Below, in pieces: positions 46,004 through 56,419 of a stretch of 64,000 nt of DNA. Each line of letters starts with the position of its first letter. Within the stretch, counting starts at the first letter, position 1. Below the pieces are notes generated by a model that saw nothing but the letters and a program-made list of their open reading frames with translations, did not search any database and was not told where the DNA came from. A program made the translations under genes and the position numbers. This DNA is from Bdellovibrionota bacterium (GTDB taxonomy: Bacteria > Bdellovibrionota_B > Oligoflexia > Oligoflexales > JAWKNZ01): positions 436-64,435 of the forward strand of contig JAWKNZ010000013.1 of NCBI GenBank assembly GCA_041391425.1. Direction: 5' to 3'.

Positions 46004-46531
46004 TTAAAATTGAATTTTTTCTAGGTGAAGTAATTTTCTCTTAGTGTCTAATCCACCGTGTGCTGAAAAACCACCAAGAGATTTAGGTGTCGATGATATG
46101 ATGCGATGGCAGGGCAGCACTATAGGAGTAGGGTTTTTGCCCATTGCCATGCCGATGGCACGCGATGCTTTTGGGGAATTGATCTGTATAGCTAAATCTT
46201 TGTACGTTGCTAGCTGTCCGTAGGGAACGAGCTTCAATTTTGTATAAACTTTATATTGAAATGATGTTACATCTAGCTCAAGGGGGACTGAGCTAAAATC
46301 AGTTGCTTTGCCTTCAAAATAATCATTTAATTTATGCTCAAAATTTAAAAACCACTTAGGGAATATGGAAGCTTCTTTTGAAATCTTTCCAAACAAGTTT
46401 TCTAAAAGCTTATTTTTTGTATTTAGCTTATTATCTTCAGGGAGCTGGATTTTTAATAACCCATGTCGGTTATACACAATACCAAGCCATCCTATGGGGG
46501 TTTTGTGTAATTTGTAGTGTAAATGATCCAA
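46004..46531 (-). CDS. ogt: methylated-DNA--protein-cysteine methyltransferase
   Basis: ...TYKDLA...RAIGMAMGKNPTPIVLPCHRII... contains the PCHR active site. Confidence 0.8.
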   Translation of the reverse strand: MDHLHYKLHKTPIGWLGIVYNRHGLLKIQLPEDNKLNTKNKLLENLFGKISKEASIFPKWFLNFEHKLNDYFEGKATDFSSVPLELDVTSFQYKVYTKLKLVPYGQLATYKDLAIQINSPKASRAIGMAMGKNPTPIVLPCHRIISSTPKSLGGFSAHGGLDTKRKLLHLEKIQF

Positions 46532-46626
46532 GATTCCAGCTTTCTTTGAATAATTCTCTATAGTCTAATAAATCTGCGAATTCTCTATTTTGAGCGAGTA
46601 TAATTCGCGCTCTGGTCTTTGCAAGC

Positions 46627-47199
46627 TCAAACTTCGTTATGTCTAAAACAGCTACTTAAGTGATCATTTACCATGCCAACTGCTTGCATGTGTGCATAGA
46701 TTATTGTTGGACCAACAAAACTAAATCCTCTTTTTTTTAGATCCTTACTGAATTTTTGGGATATAGCAGTTTCGGCCGGTAAATCTTGCATTTTTTTCCA
46801 ACGGTTTTTAATGGGCTTACCATCTACAAATTGCCATTGATAGTCACTAAAGCTGCCAAATTCTTCTTGAACTTTTAAAAATGCTTTTGCATTTTTAACA
46901 GCAGATCTAATTTTAAGGTTGTTGCGAATGATTTCTTTATTGCTTAGGAGAGATGTTATTTTTTTCTCTCCAAATTTAGCCACTGCTAATGGATCGAAAT
47001 TTTTAAACGCTTCTCGATACCCTTCTCTACGTTTTAATATTGTTATCCAACTTAACCCAGCTTGTGCTCCTTCAAGGATAAGAAATTCAAATAATTTTTG
47101 ATCGTCATGAACTGGAACTCCCCATTCTTCATCGTGGTATTTGACATAAATTGGATCTTCTCCAGCCCATGCGCAGCGGATATTGCTTTTTTTGGCCAT
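46627..47199 (-). CDS. tag: DNA-3-methyladenine glycosylase I
   Basis: ...RCAWAGEDPIYVKYHDEEWGVPVHDDQKLFEFLILEGAQAGLSWITILKRREGYREAF... is the characteristic Tag N-terminal region. Confidence 0.85.
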   Translation of the reverse strand: MAKKSNIRCAWAGEDPIYVKYHDEEWGVPVHDDQKLFEFLILEGAQAGLSWITILKRREGYREAFKNFDPLAVAKFGEKKITSLLSNKEIIRNNLKIRSAVKNAKAFLKVQEEFGSFSDYQWQFVDGKPIKNRWKKMQDLPAETAISQKFSKDLKKRGFSFVGPTIIYAHMQAVGMVNDHLSSCFRHNEV

Positions 47200-47379
47200 T
47201 GGTTTCCTATATCCTCATAGCTATGTATTGAAAAACTTCCATAAATATATCCAGTATAATAGGTTACAAGTAATGACAATCAATTTATGGGAGATCTTGC
47301 TGGATTGGATTTTGAAAATTTTGATGCTTTTACCCCATAACTTTGAATAATGGGTAGGTTTCACTAACAAACAGTGAAA

Positions 47380-47580
47380 CCCATACATCCCGGATCCGAA
47401 TTTCTAGCCGGTTGCGTTGTTGCTTCGTCGTCAGGAAATCCTCATGTATCAACATGTACACTGCGGTTTCCCACCTCCTCGCGCCTAGCACCCGAGCGAA
47501 CATCGAATCCGATGAAAATACTACAGTTTTTCAAAAAATTTCAGATCCCGGATGCATGTTTAGTAAGACGCATGTATGGG
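47380..47580. repeat. roughly 200-bp imperfect palindromic element related to the one at 15003-15125
   Basis: The termini are CCCATACAT... and ...ATGTATGGG. The centre is CTCATGTATCAACATGTACACTG. Flanking blocks TGCGTT, TTCGTC and CCTCNGCGCCTNGC are shared with 15003-15125. Confidence 0.45.
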
Positions 47581-47606
47581 CTTGAGTGTTAATGTTTATA
47601 AAATAA

Positions 47607-48878
47607 TTATCGATAGTTATGGCATTCCAAGTGACTACTTTGACTCTGAGGTAATTCGTATTGGGTACAGGCTTCATCTAAGCTATCATCCTCTTCGCTT
47701 TCATCTATGATGACTTCGGCATCGCCTGAGCAGTCCCAAGCCTCATCACCAGAGAAGCTTAGATCTTCCTGCTCGCTTTCGTTGGCTGGAGGAGTTGGTA
47801 AATCTTGTTCTTTTCCTGCAACTTTAGGTATCCAGGGCGAGCTTGCATCAATGGCCCCCCCTCCACTCCAGCCTTGTTCATAACTAGTGCTGCCGTCTTT
47901 TAAAAGAAATGCACCAGCACCAATAGCAAGGTTTTTAAGATTGTAGGTGCTGCCATCAACATTTTTATCTACTAACTCGAAAAACGCCATGATTTGATCA
48001 GGATCACTTTTGGTGGTTTGGGTTGCAAATCCCAGAAGGGCTATGTTTTCATCACTTTGAATAACTTTGTATTTATTATAGGAGACGTCGGTGCCGTCAC
48101 TATTAAAATCATTGCTATAGGTTTGAACCATGGTTTTAAGACCAACATACTTTCCTTCACTATTAACCTTTCCAGTCACGACAGTCCTTGATGTGTAAGA
48201 TATGCGTTGGGGGCCACTATCATCAACGCCATTGGCTCTTTTGGTGAGGATTGTCACGTTGTTGTCATCATCAATTGCTTTGCGTATATAATGAGTTTGT
48301 TTACCTTCTTCACAAGAGTGAAAAATGAATTCCACAACTTTATCATTTTTTTCTGTTATTTTTATTTTGAATCTATCAACCTCTTCTCCATCTTCTTCTA
48401 TGGATATGATATGTTCATCTCCATCGATGAAGTCTGTAGATATTTCGTTCATCCCTAGAAAAGTACGAAAATCGCAAAGCTGATAATCGGCAGAGGCAGC
48501 TTCTTGTAATATTCCACGCATACGGTTTACCATTTCACAAGAGCCGTAGCTTGCATTTTGTACCGAATCAAAATAAGTACTTTCAGTATTTGAGCCAATG
48601 GAAACTCCTTGCTGTTCAGTGGCCAATAAATCTAGTGAAATATCTAGGGTTCCAGCTGGACTATCAAAGCTTTGTTCTTCAGTATCGCCATCTAATTGTA
48701 AGACCGGATCAGTTACATTGGGTAAGTTGCTTAACTCGCTGATAGCTAAAGTGCCTGGAGTTGAACCTATTGTGGAAGATGAGTTGCCGTCATCGGTAGT
48801 TTCATCAGATTTTTTTTCATCGCATGAAATGCTAAATACTAGAATACCGATTATGAATATTTTTTTAAAATAGTTCAT
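47607..48878 (-). CDS. hypothetical acidic lipoprotein (423 aa)
   Basis: It has lipobox FSISC and D/E-rich termini. No family could be assigned. Confidence 0.5.
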   Translation of the reverse strand: MNYFKKIFIIGILVFSISCDEKKSDETTDDGNSSSTIGSTPGTLAISELSNLPNVTDPVLQLDGDTEEQSFDSPAGTLDISLDLLATEQQGVSIGSNTESTYFDSVQNASYGSCEMVNRMRGILQEAASADYQLCDFRTFLGMNEISTDFIDGDEHIISIEEDGEEVDRFKIKITEKNDKVVEFIFHSCEEGKQTHYIRKAIDDDNNVTILTKRANGVDDSGPQRISYTSRTVVTGKVNSEGKYVGLKTMVQTYSNDFNSDGTDVSYNKYKVIQSDENIALLGFATQTTKSDPDQIMAFFELVDKNVDGSTYNLKNLAIGAGAFLLKDGSTSYEQGWSGGGAIDASSPWIPKVAGKEQDLPTPPANESEQEDLSFSGDEAWDCSGDAEVIIDESEEDDSLDEACTQYELPQSQSSHLECHNYR

Positions 48879-49372
48879 TCTAGGGCCCTTATTAAAAAAG
48901 TTTGAATTTAAGTGTTTATAAAAGTTATGTTGGTTTTTATCGGCATGAAAATTTGTAAACCAAATAAAAAATGCGGTGAAGTTTACATTTGCTTTTTCTT
49001 GATACTTGTTGTTCTTTATTTAAAATTTATTGAATTACTTTAAATTATAGTGAGTTACGGCATCAACTGAGAATTGCTTATTTAATTAGAGATTATGGGT
49101 TATTTTAGACACTTAGCTAATGTTTTTACATGTTGATTAGCCGTGCAGAGAATTTTTTTATTTTCCTCTGCAATAACAGATTGTTATTGGTGCTTCATTT
49201 TTTGTTTTTGTAGGGTTTGGTACGAAGTTTGCCACACTTATCTTGGGTAATGCTAGATGTTGCCTACACATCTTTTTTCTATATTACTGCTATTTGCATT
49301 TGAACTGTAATTGGTATTCAGTGACAAGCTCGAACATTCACATCAATATTAATGACTAAAATGAGGTAAATT

Positions 49373-50230
49373 GTGAAACGATATTTCAAACCGATATTGC
49401 TAATTGCGTCCGTTCTAGCAATTGAGTTAGCTGTCTTCCTAAAGAACAAAGGAATTAAAAAAATTGATGTCCCTACAGCACCACCACCTTCACCGGAAAA
49501 AAAAATAGATAGTAATGATCAGATTAAAGTTGGCAGTGACGGATTTGAAAAGGAGTTTTATTTAACGCGTACTGAAGATTCTCTCATGAGAGTACGATGT
49601 GATAGAAACGGAGGTCAGTGCGAAACTTATTTTGTTAGACCGTTATCGCAACTATATGCTTCTTTGTCTGATTATATAGGGCTATCAGATCTGCAAGAAC
49701 AGGTTTCTAAGCAAAGAAATGATCTGAATATGCAGGCTGAGGCAATAAGAGTATTTAAAGATGATGCAGAAATAATGACGCGAAGTGAAAATGAGCGCAT
49801 TATGGCGATTTACTCTGAGATTGGTGATGTAAATAAGATAATCATTGACCTTAATGAAAAAATATCAATTGTTGAGATGGAGCTAAGTTGGGACCCAACT
49901 TCTCAAGTATTATTAGATAAGAAAAAACAATATTTATCTGAGAAAGAGTCAAATCTTTATTATCGTGATCAATTATCTAATGAAAAGCTAGAAATTCTTC
50001 GTACGCAGAATGCTAGGGAAGATAAAATTCTGACGATGGATAACGATTATCAAAGAGAATTAGACAGAGTTGATACTTTTCAGGAATCTTTTGTTGATAA
50101 AGAGAATGAGTTCGAAGCTGAAAAACAAAAGTTTATTCAGTTGACTTCTGATTCGCTGGTTAGAGAAGAAGAATTAGGTGATTTATTATGGCTGAGTAGC
50201 GTTTTAAATATAGTTTTTTCGACAAATTAA
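49373..50230 (+). CDS. hypothetical membrane-anchored coiled-coil protein
   Basis: It has an N-terminal TM and a long heptad-like, E/K/Q-rich region. Confidence 0.45.
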   Translation: MKRYFKPILLIASVLAIELAVFLKNKGIKKIDVPTAPPPSPEKKIDSNDQIKVGSDGFEKEFYLTRTEDSLMRVRCDRNGGQCETYFVRPLSQLYASLSDYIGLSDLQEQVSKQRNDLNMQAEAIRVFKDDAEIMTRSENERIMAIYSEIGDVNKIIIDLNEKISIVEMELSWDPTSQVLLDKKKQYLSEKESNLYYRDQLSNEKLEILRTQNAREDKILTMDNDYQRELDRVDTFQESFVDKENEFEAEKQKFIQLTSDSLVREEELGDLLWLSSVLNIVFSTN

Positions 50231-50248
50231 ATTTTCTGAATAGTAAAT

Positions 50249-50290
50249 CGTAGGAGCCCTTTAAATAGGAACTCCTACGGTTTCTTCTTG
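50249..50290 (+). terminator. candidate intrinsic terminator
   Basis: CGTAGGAG-(15 nt)-CTCCTACG is followed by GTTTCTTCTT. It begins 19 nt after the stop at 50230. Confidence 0.5.
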
Positions 50291-50346
50291 AACTTACCTT
50301 CGTGTTCTAAATTTCCAAATAGCTCCTTCAGTTACTCCACTGGCAT

Positions 50347-50736
50347 TCACAGCCTCAACTTTCCAGTAGTACCGACTGCGACTTGATAGGCTAGAACGTC
50401 AAGGTATATATATTCTGGACCTGTTCCCTTAATATATTCTTGTGTTGCAATCTTTACTTTAGATACAATAGCTTGTCTGTCTTCTGCTAAATTTTTAAAT
50501 TGAGAGTCGATAGATTTAACGTACCCATGAACAATTACGTTGGACTTATCTATTTTTTCTTCAAGTGTAAGCGGTATAAATCTATGACTATTTGCCTCTT
50601 GCAAACTCATCGCAGATGTTGATTGCTGTGAATCAGAACGTTGAAAAATTTTTTCTACTTTCCCACACGAAGCAAAGCCAAGTATTAATGGCGTAATGAG
50701 TATTTTTATGCCCCAATTGATAGTTTTTACACGCAT
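50347..50736 (-). CDS. hypothetical lipoprotein
   Basis: It has a signal peptide with lipobox GFASC. Confidence 0.4.
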   Translation of the reverse strand: MRVKTINWGIKILITPLILGFASCGKVEKIFQRSDSQQSTSAMSLQEANSHRFIPLTLEEKIDKSNVIVHGYVKSIDSQFKNLAEDRQAIVSKVKIATQEYIKGTGPEYIYLDVLAYQVAVGTTGKLRL

Positions 50737-51184
50737 GTATCTTGCCCCCCTTAATATTATTATTTTGGTTTGAGCCTCTAGCTACCGGATTTATCGTCAT
50801 GGTTTTTGGGTATCTTTAAAAAAGGCATATATTTAATTGTAATTAGATAGTTACGTTGATAATAATTAAGAAGGCAGACAATTTTACCTCATGGCTAATC
50901 AATACGACGACGATGCGAATAAGATCCGTGCGTATGGTATGAATACTCCTTGAAGTCAACTTGATCGATGACTTGATGTATGAAATCTTAGTTATGCTAT
51001 GTGGTGAGGTTTAGTTAGTCTAATTTAAGGCAAAAAATTTTTCAGATATCACTAGAATGGTGATATAATTAAGGCCAATTGGATTAAATTATTAAATCAA
51101 TACTTTAGGATAAGTAATTATAGCCGATTTGTTTTAGTTCGTGTAACTTTTAAATTTAGATAACATGTAATGGGGAGATACTAA

Positions 51185-52360
51185 GTGAAAATATCATTTT
51201 GGTTGGTGCTAATAGTTGGGGCTTTTTTAGGATGTCGTAGCGGTGGAAGTGACAACTCTGTTAAAGATTTGAGTATCAATATTGCCGAAGCAGGTATTGT
51301 TGGTGTCGCTCATATTGATACAAGCAAGGGTCAAATTGTTTTTTATGATATAAATCCCGATTCTCTTTTGACTGATAGTAGTAAGCCTTTGCAAGCCTAT
51401 GCATTTAAATTAGATTCTAGTAAAGGTACGATGGAGATTTTTGAGGGCGTAGAACCAAAAGGATCAAAATTTCCAATTTTGAATACAAATAATGATGTAA
51501 ATTATGGTTTTGCGGGCGAATGGTCTTGTTTAATAGCTGAAAAGTTACTGGGGCAGTCGGTAAGCAGTAAGGGTAGGAAGTGTAGAGTCGAGCTTAATAC
51601 AGAAGACAAGTATTGGTACACGTTTTCAGCTTTTTATAAGACAAAGAGACTTCCTTCTGCTGATAATAAATTGATCGAGGATCTGCAGCAAAAGAGGCGA
51701 CCCTCTAGTCTTCCTACTGCAACGCAAATACCCAGAAGTCTTGATGATATGAATCAATTGATGGCAAATCTTCCTTTAAAGCCCTTAAAAAATATCAATT
51801 CTAAAATTGATCCTAAGTTATTGGCAATAATGGAAGGCCTTCACAAAAAGTTTATACTTAGTGATTCTGACAAAGCTGAGCGTAATACTTGCCTTAAAAA
51901 TGGTAGAGCTAATGGGTGGTTAGATTTACAAGCACATTTTTACTGTATGTTACCCTATGGTTCTCTGAGAGTATGTTATTCTACGGGGCTTGTTGAAAAT
52001 ACAGCCGCCTTAAGAACCACGCCAGGTTTAACGAGTCAGCAAAAAGTAGGGATAATGGTGCAAGCTTTTTGGAAATCGTATTTAAATTGTTTTGGTGATG
52101 GACGTCCGTACGAGAGTAGTTTGAGTGACGATGAAAAGAATGCATTTCGGTATGTCATGTTTACGAAACAAAAGTTGATGGATTTTAATATTGATGATGA
52201 ACAGAGCCTTATTAATGAATTTTATAAAAATATTGGCGGTGATGAGCGACCAAGAAGAGTGATTGATGTGTATCCAAAGTGGAGTTTAAACCAACAACGT
52301 TATATAGATATTAGAAAGGCACAGTTGGAACAGATAAAACAGCAGGAAAAGTCAAAATAG
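51185..52360 (+). CDS. hypothetical lipoprotein (391 aa)
   Basis: It has a signal peptide with lipobox FLGC. No family could be assigned. Confidence 0.5.
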   Translation: MKISFWLVLIVGAFLGCRSGGSDNSVKDLSINIAEAGIVGVAHIDTSKGQIVFYDINPDSLLTDSSKPLQAYAFKLDSSKGTMEIFEGVEPKGSKFPILNTNNDVNYGFAGEWSCLIAEKLLGQSVSSKGRKCRVELNTEDKYWYTFSAFYKTKRLPSADNKLIEDLQQKRRPSSLPTATQIPRSLDDMNQLMANLPLKPLKNINSKIDPKLLAIMEGLHKKFILSDSDKAERNTCLKNGRANGWLDLQAHFYCMLPYGSLRVCYSTGLVENTAALRTTPGLTSQQKVGIMVQAFWKSYLNCFGDGRPYESSLSDDEKNAFRYVMFTKQKLMDFNIDDEQSLINEFYKNIGGDERPRRVIDVYPKWSLNQQRYIDIRKAQLEQIKQQEKSK

Positions 52361-52396
52361 TTGATACAAGGTTTAGAGGCTTTTTGTAAGATAAGG

Positions 52397-52435
52397 ATCC
52401 CTATCCAGCTATAATTGGATAGGGATTTACTGTTT
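52397..52435 (+). terminator. candidate intrinsic terminator
   Basis: ATCCCTATCCA-(8 nt)-TGGATAGGGAT is followed by TTACTGTTT. Confidence 0.5.
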
Positions 52436-52655
52436 AGCCTAGTGCAAACAGGGTTAGCCAATATTATACGCTTTTCGGTGTAAATTTTCTCCCATTTGCT
52501 TTCTATTCAGCAATTATAAAATTTGATGTTAGTGATACCTAGATAAGCTTTAGTTGCATATTTTTTATTTCTTGTACTTATCTTAATGTAGAAAATTATT
52601 TTGGATTCAGATAGTTTTATACTGTTGGCTATGGGAAGGTTGTTTAAACAGGAGA

Positions 52656-53429
52656 ATGAAGTGTATGAGCAGCAATCAACAGATAAAAGTATATGATTTA
52701 CCTACGCGGATATTTCATTGGATTTTTGCAATTTTTTTTTCCATCGCTTTTTATATTGCAAAAGAAATAGATGATGATTCGATATATTTTCCTTATCATA
52801 TGATAATTGGTTTGATGATTTGTTATATAGTTATTCTCAGAGGAGTATGGGGGATTTGCGGGAGCCGTTATGCAAAATTTTCTTCATTTAAGTTGAATCC
52901 GATGGATTTGAAAGACTATTTTTTCTCACTTTTTGGAGGAAAAACGAGAAGAGATCTTGGGCATAATCCAGCTTCAAGTTACTCTGCAGTAGCAATGATG
53001 GTAGTGGCTTTATGCCTTGCTATATCAGGGATTTTAATGAGTCGGGAGGTGAATAAGGAGTTTTTTGAGGAAGTGCATGAACTGTTCGCAAATGGCTTTT
53101 TTGTTTTAGCGATTTTGCATATTTGTGGTGTGCTTTTTCACCAGTTAAAACATAAAGACGGCATGATATTTAGTATGTTTACTGGGACTAAACAAAATGT
53201 AGAGGGCAGTGTGGGTATACAGTCTACTTATAAAGGGGTCGCCGTCTTATTTGTTGGTTTATTAGTAGCTTTTATTTTATATGTACGTACCCATTATGAT
53301 CAGGATAAGCGTAATTTGAATTTTTTCGGAGTGTATTTGAATCTTGGTGAAATGTATGACCATGAAGAGGATCATGGCGTTGACGTTGATAGTGGAATAA
53401 TAGAGTATCATGAAAATGGTGAGGATTGA
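52656..53429 (+). CDS. cytochrome b561 / Ni-Fe-hydrogenase b-type cytochrome family membrane protein
   Basis: ...YDLPTRIFHWIFAIFF... Four TM helices carry conserved His residues (HW, YHMIIG, HELF, LHICGVLFHQ). Confidence 0.6.
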   Translation: MKCMSSNQQIKVYDLPTRIFHWIFAIFFSIAFYIAKEIDDDSIYFPYHMIIGLMICYIVILRGVWGICGSRYAKFSSFKLNPMDLKDYFFSLFGGKTRRDLGHNPASSYSAVAMMVVALCLAISGILMSREVNKEFFEEVHELFANGFFVLAILHICGVLFHQLKHKDGMIFSMFTGTKQNVEGSVGIQSTYKGVAVLFVGLLVAFILYVRTHYDQDKRNLNFFGVYLNLGEMYDHEEDHGVDVDSGIIEYHENGED

Positions 53430-53479
53430 TTTTTTTAAATTATGAATCTTAAGATTATAGAAACCATGGGTAGGTAATC

Positions 53480-53818
53480 ATGTGGATTATAGTAGGTAAG
53501 GTTATATTTGCTGCGTTTATAATTAGCTTCGTGTCTTGGTTATCAGGAAAAAAGACTAGTTTGGCAGGATTTATTACTGCACTTCCGTTAACTACTTTGC
53601 TGGCCTTGGCCTTTTCACATATGGAGTGGCAAGAAGCGAAACAATCAGTTGAGTACGCAAAAAGTATCTTTGTAGCTATTCCAGTTTCATTACTTTTCTT
53701 TGTTCCCTTTTTACTAGCTGAAAGATTTAACTTGGGGTTTTGGGCTTGTTATACTAGTGGAATCCTATTGTTAGCATTAGGTTACGTGCTTCATGTTTAC
53801 ATTATGAAACTACTTTAA
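53480..53818 (+). CDS. small integral membrane protein
   Basis: 112 aa with four hydrophobic segments. Confidence 0.45.
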   Translation: MWIIVGKVIFAAFIISFVSWLSGKKTSLAGFITALPLTTLLALAFSHMEWQEAKQSVEYAKSIFVAIPVSLLFFVPFLLAERFNLGFWACYTSGILLLALGYVLHVYIMKLL

Positions 53819-53862
53819 GCGATAATAAGTATCAGTGTTTAATTTGAGTGAATGGGCTAGAT

Positions 53863-54144
53863 TTAGATGTATCTGGTAAACAACATTTGTGTTTGTAAGA
53901 GGCCTCCCTTGATGATGATAGGGTTGTGAGGATGGATTTGCTTTTGATCTTTAAAGAATATGATAGAGAGTTCATTTTTATTTGGCGGCAGTTTTAGTCC
54001 AACGTCTCTGGCAGTTTTTCCTGAGATTGGTGCATAGCGGAGAACTTTTTTCCTATCAACTTTTATAAGAAAGTCGACTGTTTTGTTGCAAAGGTTACAA
54101 TGGCCATCGAAGAAAATAATATTTTGTTGCATTTTGGCTTCCAT
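53863..54144 (-). CDS. DCC-family thiol-disulfide oxidoreductase (short)
   Basis: ...IIFFDGHCNLCNKTVDFLIKVDRKK... is the DUF393/DCC CxxC motif. At 93 aa it seems shorter than I would expect for this family. Confidence 0.55.
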   Translation of the reverse strand: MEAKMQQNIIFFDGHCNLCNKTVDFLIKVDRKKVLRYAPISGKTARDVGLKLPPNKNELSIIFFKDQKQIHPHNPIIIKGGLLQTQMLFTRYI

Positions 54145-54277
54145 AAGACTACCGGACAGAGTCTATCATTTAGACTGAGTAGTTTAGAGGGTTATTTCTA
54201 GCCCCAAAATATAAGTGTAAAGATTCTACCCATTCATGAGCATTTAGATAAAATTTAGAATAATATTGAGAAGAAAT

Positions 54278-54354
54278 TGGAGCGGGAAAAGGGATTCGAA
54301 CCCTCGACCTTCGCGATGGCAACGCGACGCTCTAGCCAGCTGAGCTACTCCCGC
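54278..54354 (-). tRNA. tRNA-Gly(GCC), CCA encoded
   Basis: The reverse complement is GCGGGAGTAGCTCAGCTGGCTAGAGCGTCGCGTTGCCATCGCGAAGGTCGAGGGTTCGAATCCCTTTTCCCGCTCCA, with anticodon loop TTGCCAT. Confidence 0.9.
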
Positions 54355-54396
54355 TCAAAAGAAAGTAGATGTCTTTTCTAGGGGTATCTGAAGGAT

Positions 54397-55089
54397 ATGT
54401 CAAGTGCTAGGATGCTAAATAGAGTGAAAAAAATGCAAAACCCTCAAAAACCTTTCTGGACAAGGATTTTAGGTTGGGTTAATTTATTGCCTAAAAGCTC
54501 TGATGAAAATAGAGACAGATTAAAGGGAAACCAGCTAGCCTGTGAAGATTATTTTTCTTTTTCGGCTGATAAAGGCACATTTTCAGACAAAACAGCAATC
54601 AAAACTCCATTTTTAAATGAGTACCCAAGCCGTTATCAAATTGGAGTGAGTTCGGCCGTATGTGATCTTTACTTTAAGCGCTTAAAAAAGACTATTTACC
54701 GGCAACTTGATTCAATAAGAAGTAGCCGTCCCGATGGCGTTGTGGATACACCTTTTATGTTTAGAGAGTCAGGAGAGCTTGAAGGCAAGCGCTATTATTT
54801 TTTTCTAAAGCCTCTAGGAGAGCCTGGATGGCTATTCGAAAGGGCTGGTTACGGGTGGATTATTTCAAGGTGTGAAAAAATTTATGCCCAAGATACCTTT
54901 GTGCGTAGGAGTACTGCGTGGGATGCTGTGACTTTGTATTCTTCCATCGCTGGAAATGCTCCGCCGAGGGTTGCTTCAATGCGTGCTCAGAATGAAATTA
55001 TAAGTTTTCCAGTTTATGAAGCTTATATGATAAATAGTTTAGGTATTGATGATTTAAAAAAAGAATATAATAAAGAATTAGCATTATGA
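54397..55089 (+). CDS. hypothetical protein, first gene of the ExbBD operon
   Basis: ORF only. Its stop overlaps the next gene's start (ATGA). Confidence 0.45.
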   Translation: MSSARMLNRVKKMQNPQKPFWTRILGWVNLLPKSSDENRDRLKGNQLACEDYFSFSADKGTFSDKTAIKTPFLNEYPSRYQIGVSSAVCDLYFKRLKKTIYRQLDSIRSSRPDGVVDTPFMFRESGELEGKRYYFFLKPLGEPGWLFERAGYGWIISRCEKIYAQDTFVRRSTAWDAVTLYSSIAGNAPPRVASMRAQNEIISFPVYEAYMINSLGIDDLKKEYNKELAL

Positions 55090-55742
55090 AAGTTTTTTTT
55101 ATTTTATATTTTGTCTGCTTCATATTTTTGGGGCTACCTAAAAGTGCTATGGCTGGATTTTTAGTAGGTGGTGGCCCGACTTGGAATGTGTTCTCGATGC
55201 AGCCGGAAGATGATGAAGCAACACCAAACTATCAAGGAATCGGAGGACAGTTTAAATTAGGTTACTCTTTCCAGCAAATATTTGATATTTCTGCCCATGT
55301 GCAATATAGCCCTGGAAATGTAGGGATGGTTAAATTGGAAGGTGAAGGTGCTAATTTAGCTTTTTACGGTGGAGAAGTCGCAGCGCGTATTCTCGGTTCT
55401 GTATATTTTGCTTTACGTGGTGGTAAAGCTTACTATCAATTGTTAAAAAAGACTCGTGAGGATGAAATTACTGGGGCTTGGCAGGGACCAGCTGGGGGCT
55501 TTTCTTTAGGTGGAATTGTTCCCTTAAACAAATATAACTTTATCCAAATCAGCTGTGATTTTTTGCACCTTGTTGCTAGCCGAGAAGGGGGAAATGCAAA
55601 CGAGTTGGATGAAGAAAGTGGTAAGAGAAGGGTTGATCAATTTAGCATTGCTATAAATTATATTTATAATGGATATAAAAATTCAGTTATCGAGAACTCA
55701 TTTTTTAGTCAATATTTGAACTCTATTTTATTTTGGGAGTAG
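55086..55742 (+). CDS. putative outer-membrane beta-barrel protein
   Basis: It has a signal peptide (…SAMA) and alternating G/aromatic beta-strand-like segments (...GGQFKLGYSF..., ...FSLGGIVPL..., ...FSIAINYIYN...). Confidence 0.5.
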   Translation: MKVFFILYFVCFIFLGLPKSAMAGFLVGGGPTWNVFSMQPEDDEATPNYQGIGGQFKLGYSFQQIFDISAHVQYSPGNVGMVKLEGEGANLAFYGGEVAARILGSVYFALRGGKAYYQLLKKTREDEITGAWQGPAGGFSLGGIVPLNKYNFIQISCDFLHLVASREGGNANELDEESGKRRVDQFSIAINYIYNGYKNSVIENSFFSQYLNSILFWE

Positions 55743-56410
55743 TAAAATTGGAACAAGCGGAATTGGGATTTAACATCGTTGAGAAGCTTCTTGCTTTGAC
55801 ATTATTGGGCACCGAGTGGGTTTTGTGGTTATTGTTAGCATTAAGTGTTATCTCTATTGCTATAATGCTGGAAAGGGCAATTTTTTTTAGCCGCATAAGG
55901 CTTGATTATACACGCTTCACCAAGAGGCTCAACCGTTTACTAGCTGATGAAGATATTGATGGTGCGAAAAAGCTCTGTGAGGAAAGCCAATCTCTTGAAT
56001 CGCAAATGGTATTGCAGGGTCTTAATCATGCGGAGTTGGGCGTTGTGGCTATGGCTGGGAGTATGGAAGGTTTCCGTATTGGAGAAAAGCAGAAGTTAGA
56101 CCGCGGTTTGGTTGTCCTTGGTACTTTGGGAAATAATGCCCCTTTTATTGGATTATTTGGAACAGTTGTTGGGATTATTATTGCTGTTAACAATTTAGCT
56201 AAGGATATCGATGGCGGATTTGCCGTGGTTATGGCGGGTATATCTGAGGCCTTGGTGGCTACCGCAATTGGCTTGCTTGTGGCGATACCTGCGGTTATCG
56301 CTTTTAACTTTTTTAACCGTATTGTGAAACGCATTATGGCGAACTCAGAGGCTATAAGCCGAGTCGTCTTGACTTATTTTCATGAACAACAAGGTGTTGA
56401 AAAACCGTAA
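55733..56410 (+). CDS. exbB: MotA/TolQ/ExbB proton-channel protein
   Basis: ...LGNNAPFIGLFGTVVGII... and ...GISEALVATAIGLLVAIPAVIAFNFF... are canonical ExbB/TolQ motifs. Confidence 0.85.
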   Translation: MGVVKLEQAELGFNIVEKLLALTLLGTEWVLWLLLALSVISIAIMLERAIFFSRIRLDYTRFTKRLNRLLADEDIDGAKKLCEESQSLESQMVLQGLNHAELGVVAMAGSMEGFRIGEKQKLDRGLVVLGTLGNNAPFIGLFGTVVGIIIAVNNLAKDIDGGFAVVMAGISEALVATAIGLLVAIPAVIAFNFFNRIVKRIMANSEAISRVVLTYFHEQQGVEKP

Positions 56411-56419
56411 GGAATTGAT

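Noticed and set aside
46531-47374. Searched for sigma-54 -24/-12 boxes upstream of the minus-strand kinase/activator operon and elsewhere (TGGCAC-like strings at 46153, 28262, 61779, 58021 and others).
   Set aside because: These sites either lie inside coding sequence or lack a GC element at the correct 10-11 nt spacing. Only 37681-37696 was kept, as a low-confidence candidate.
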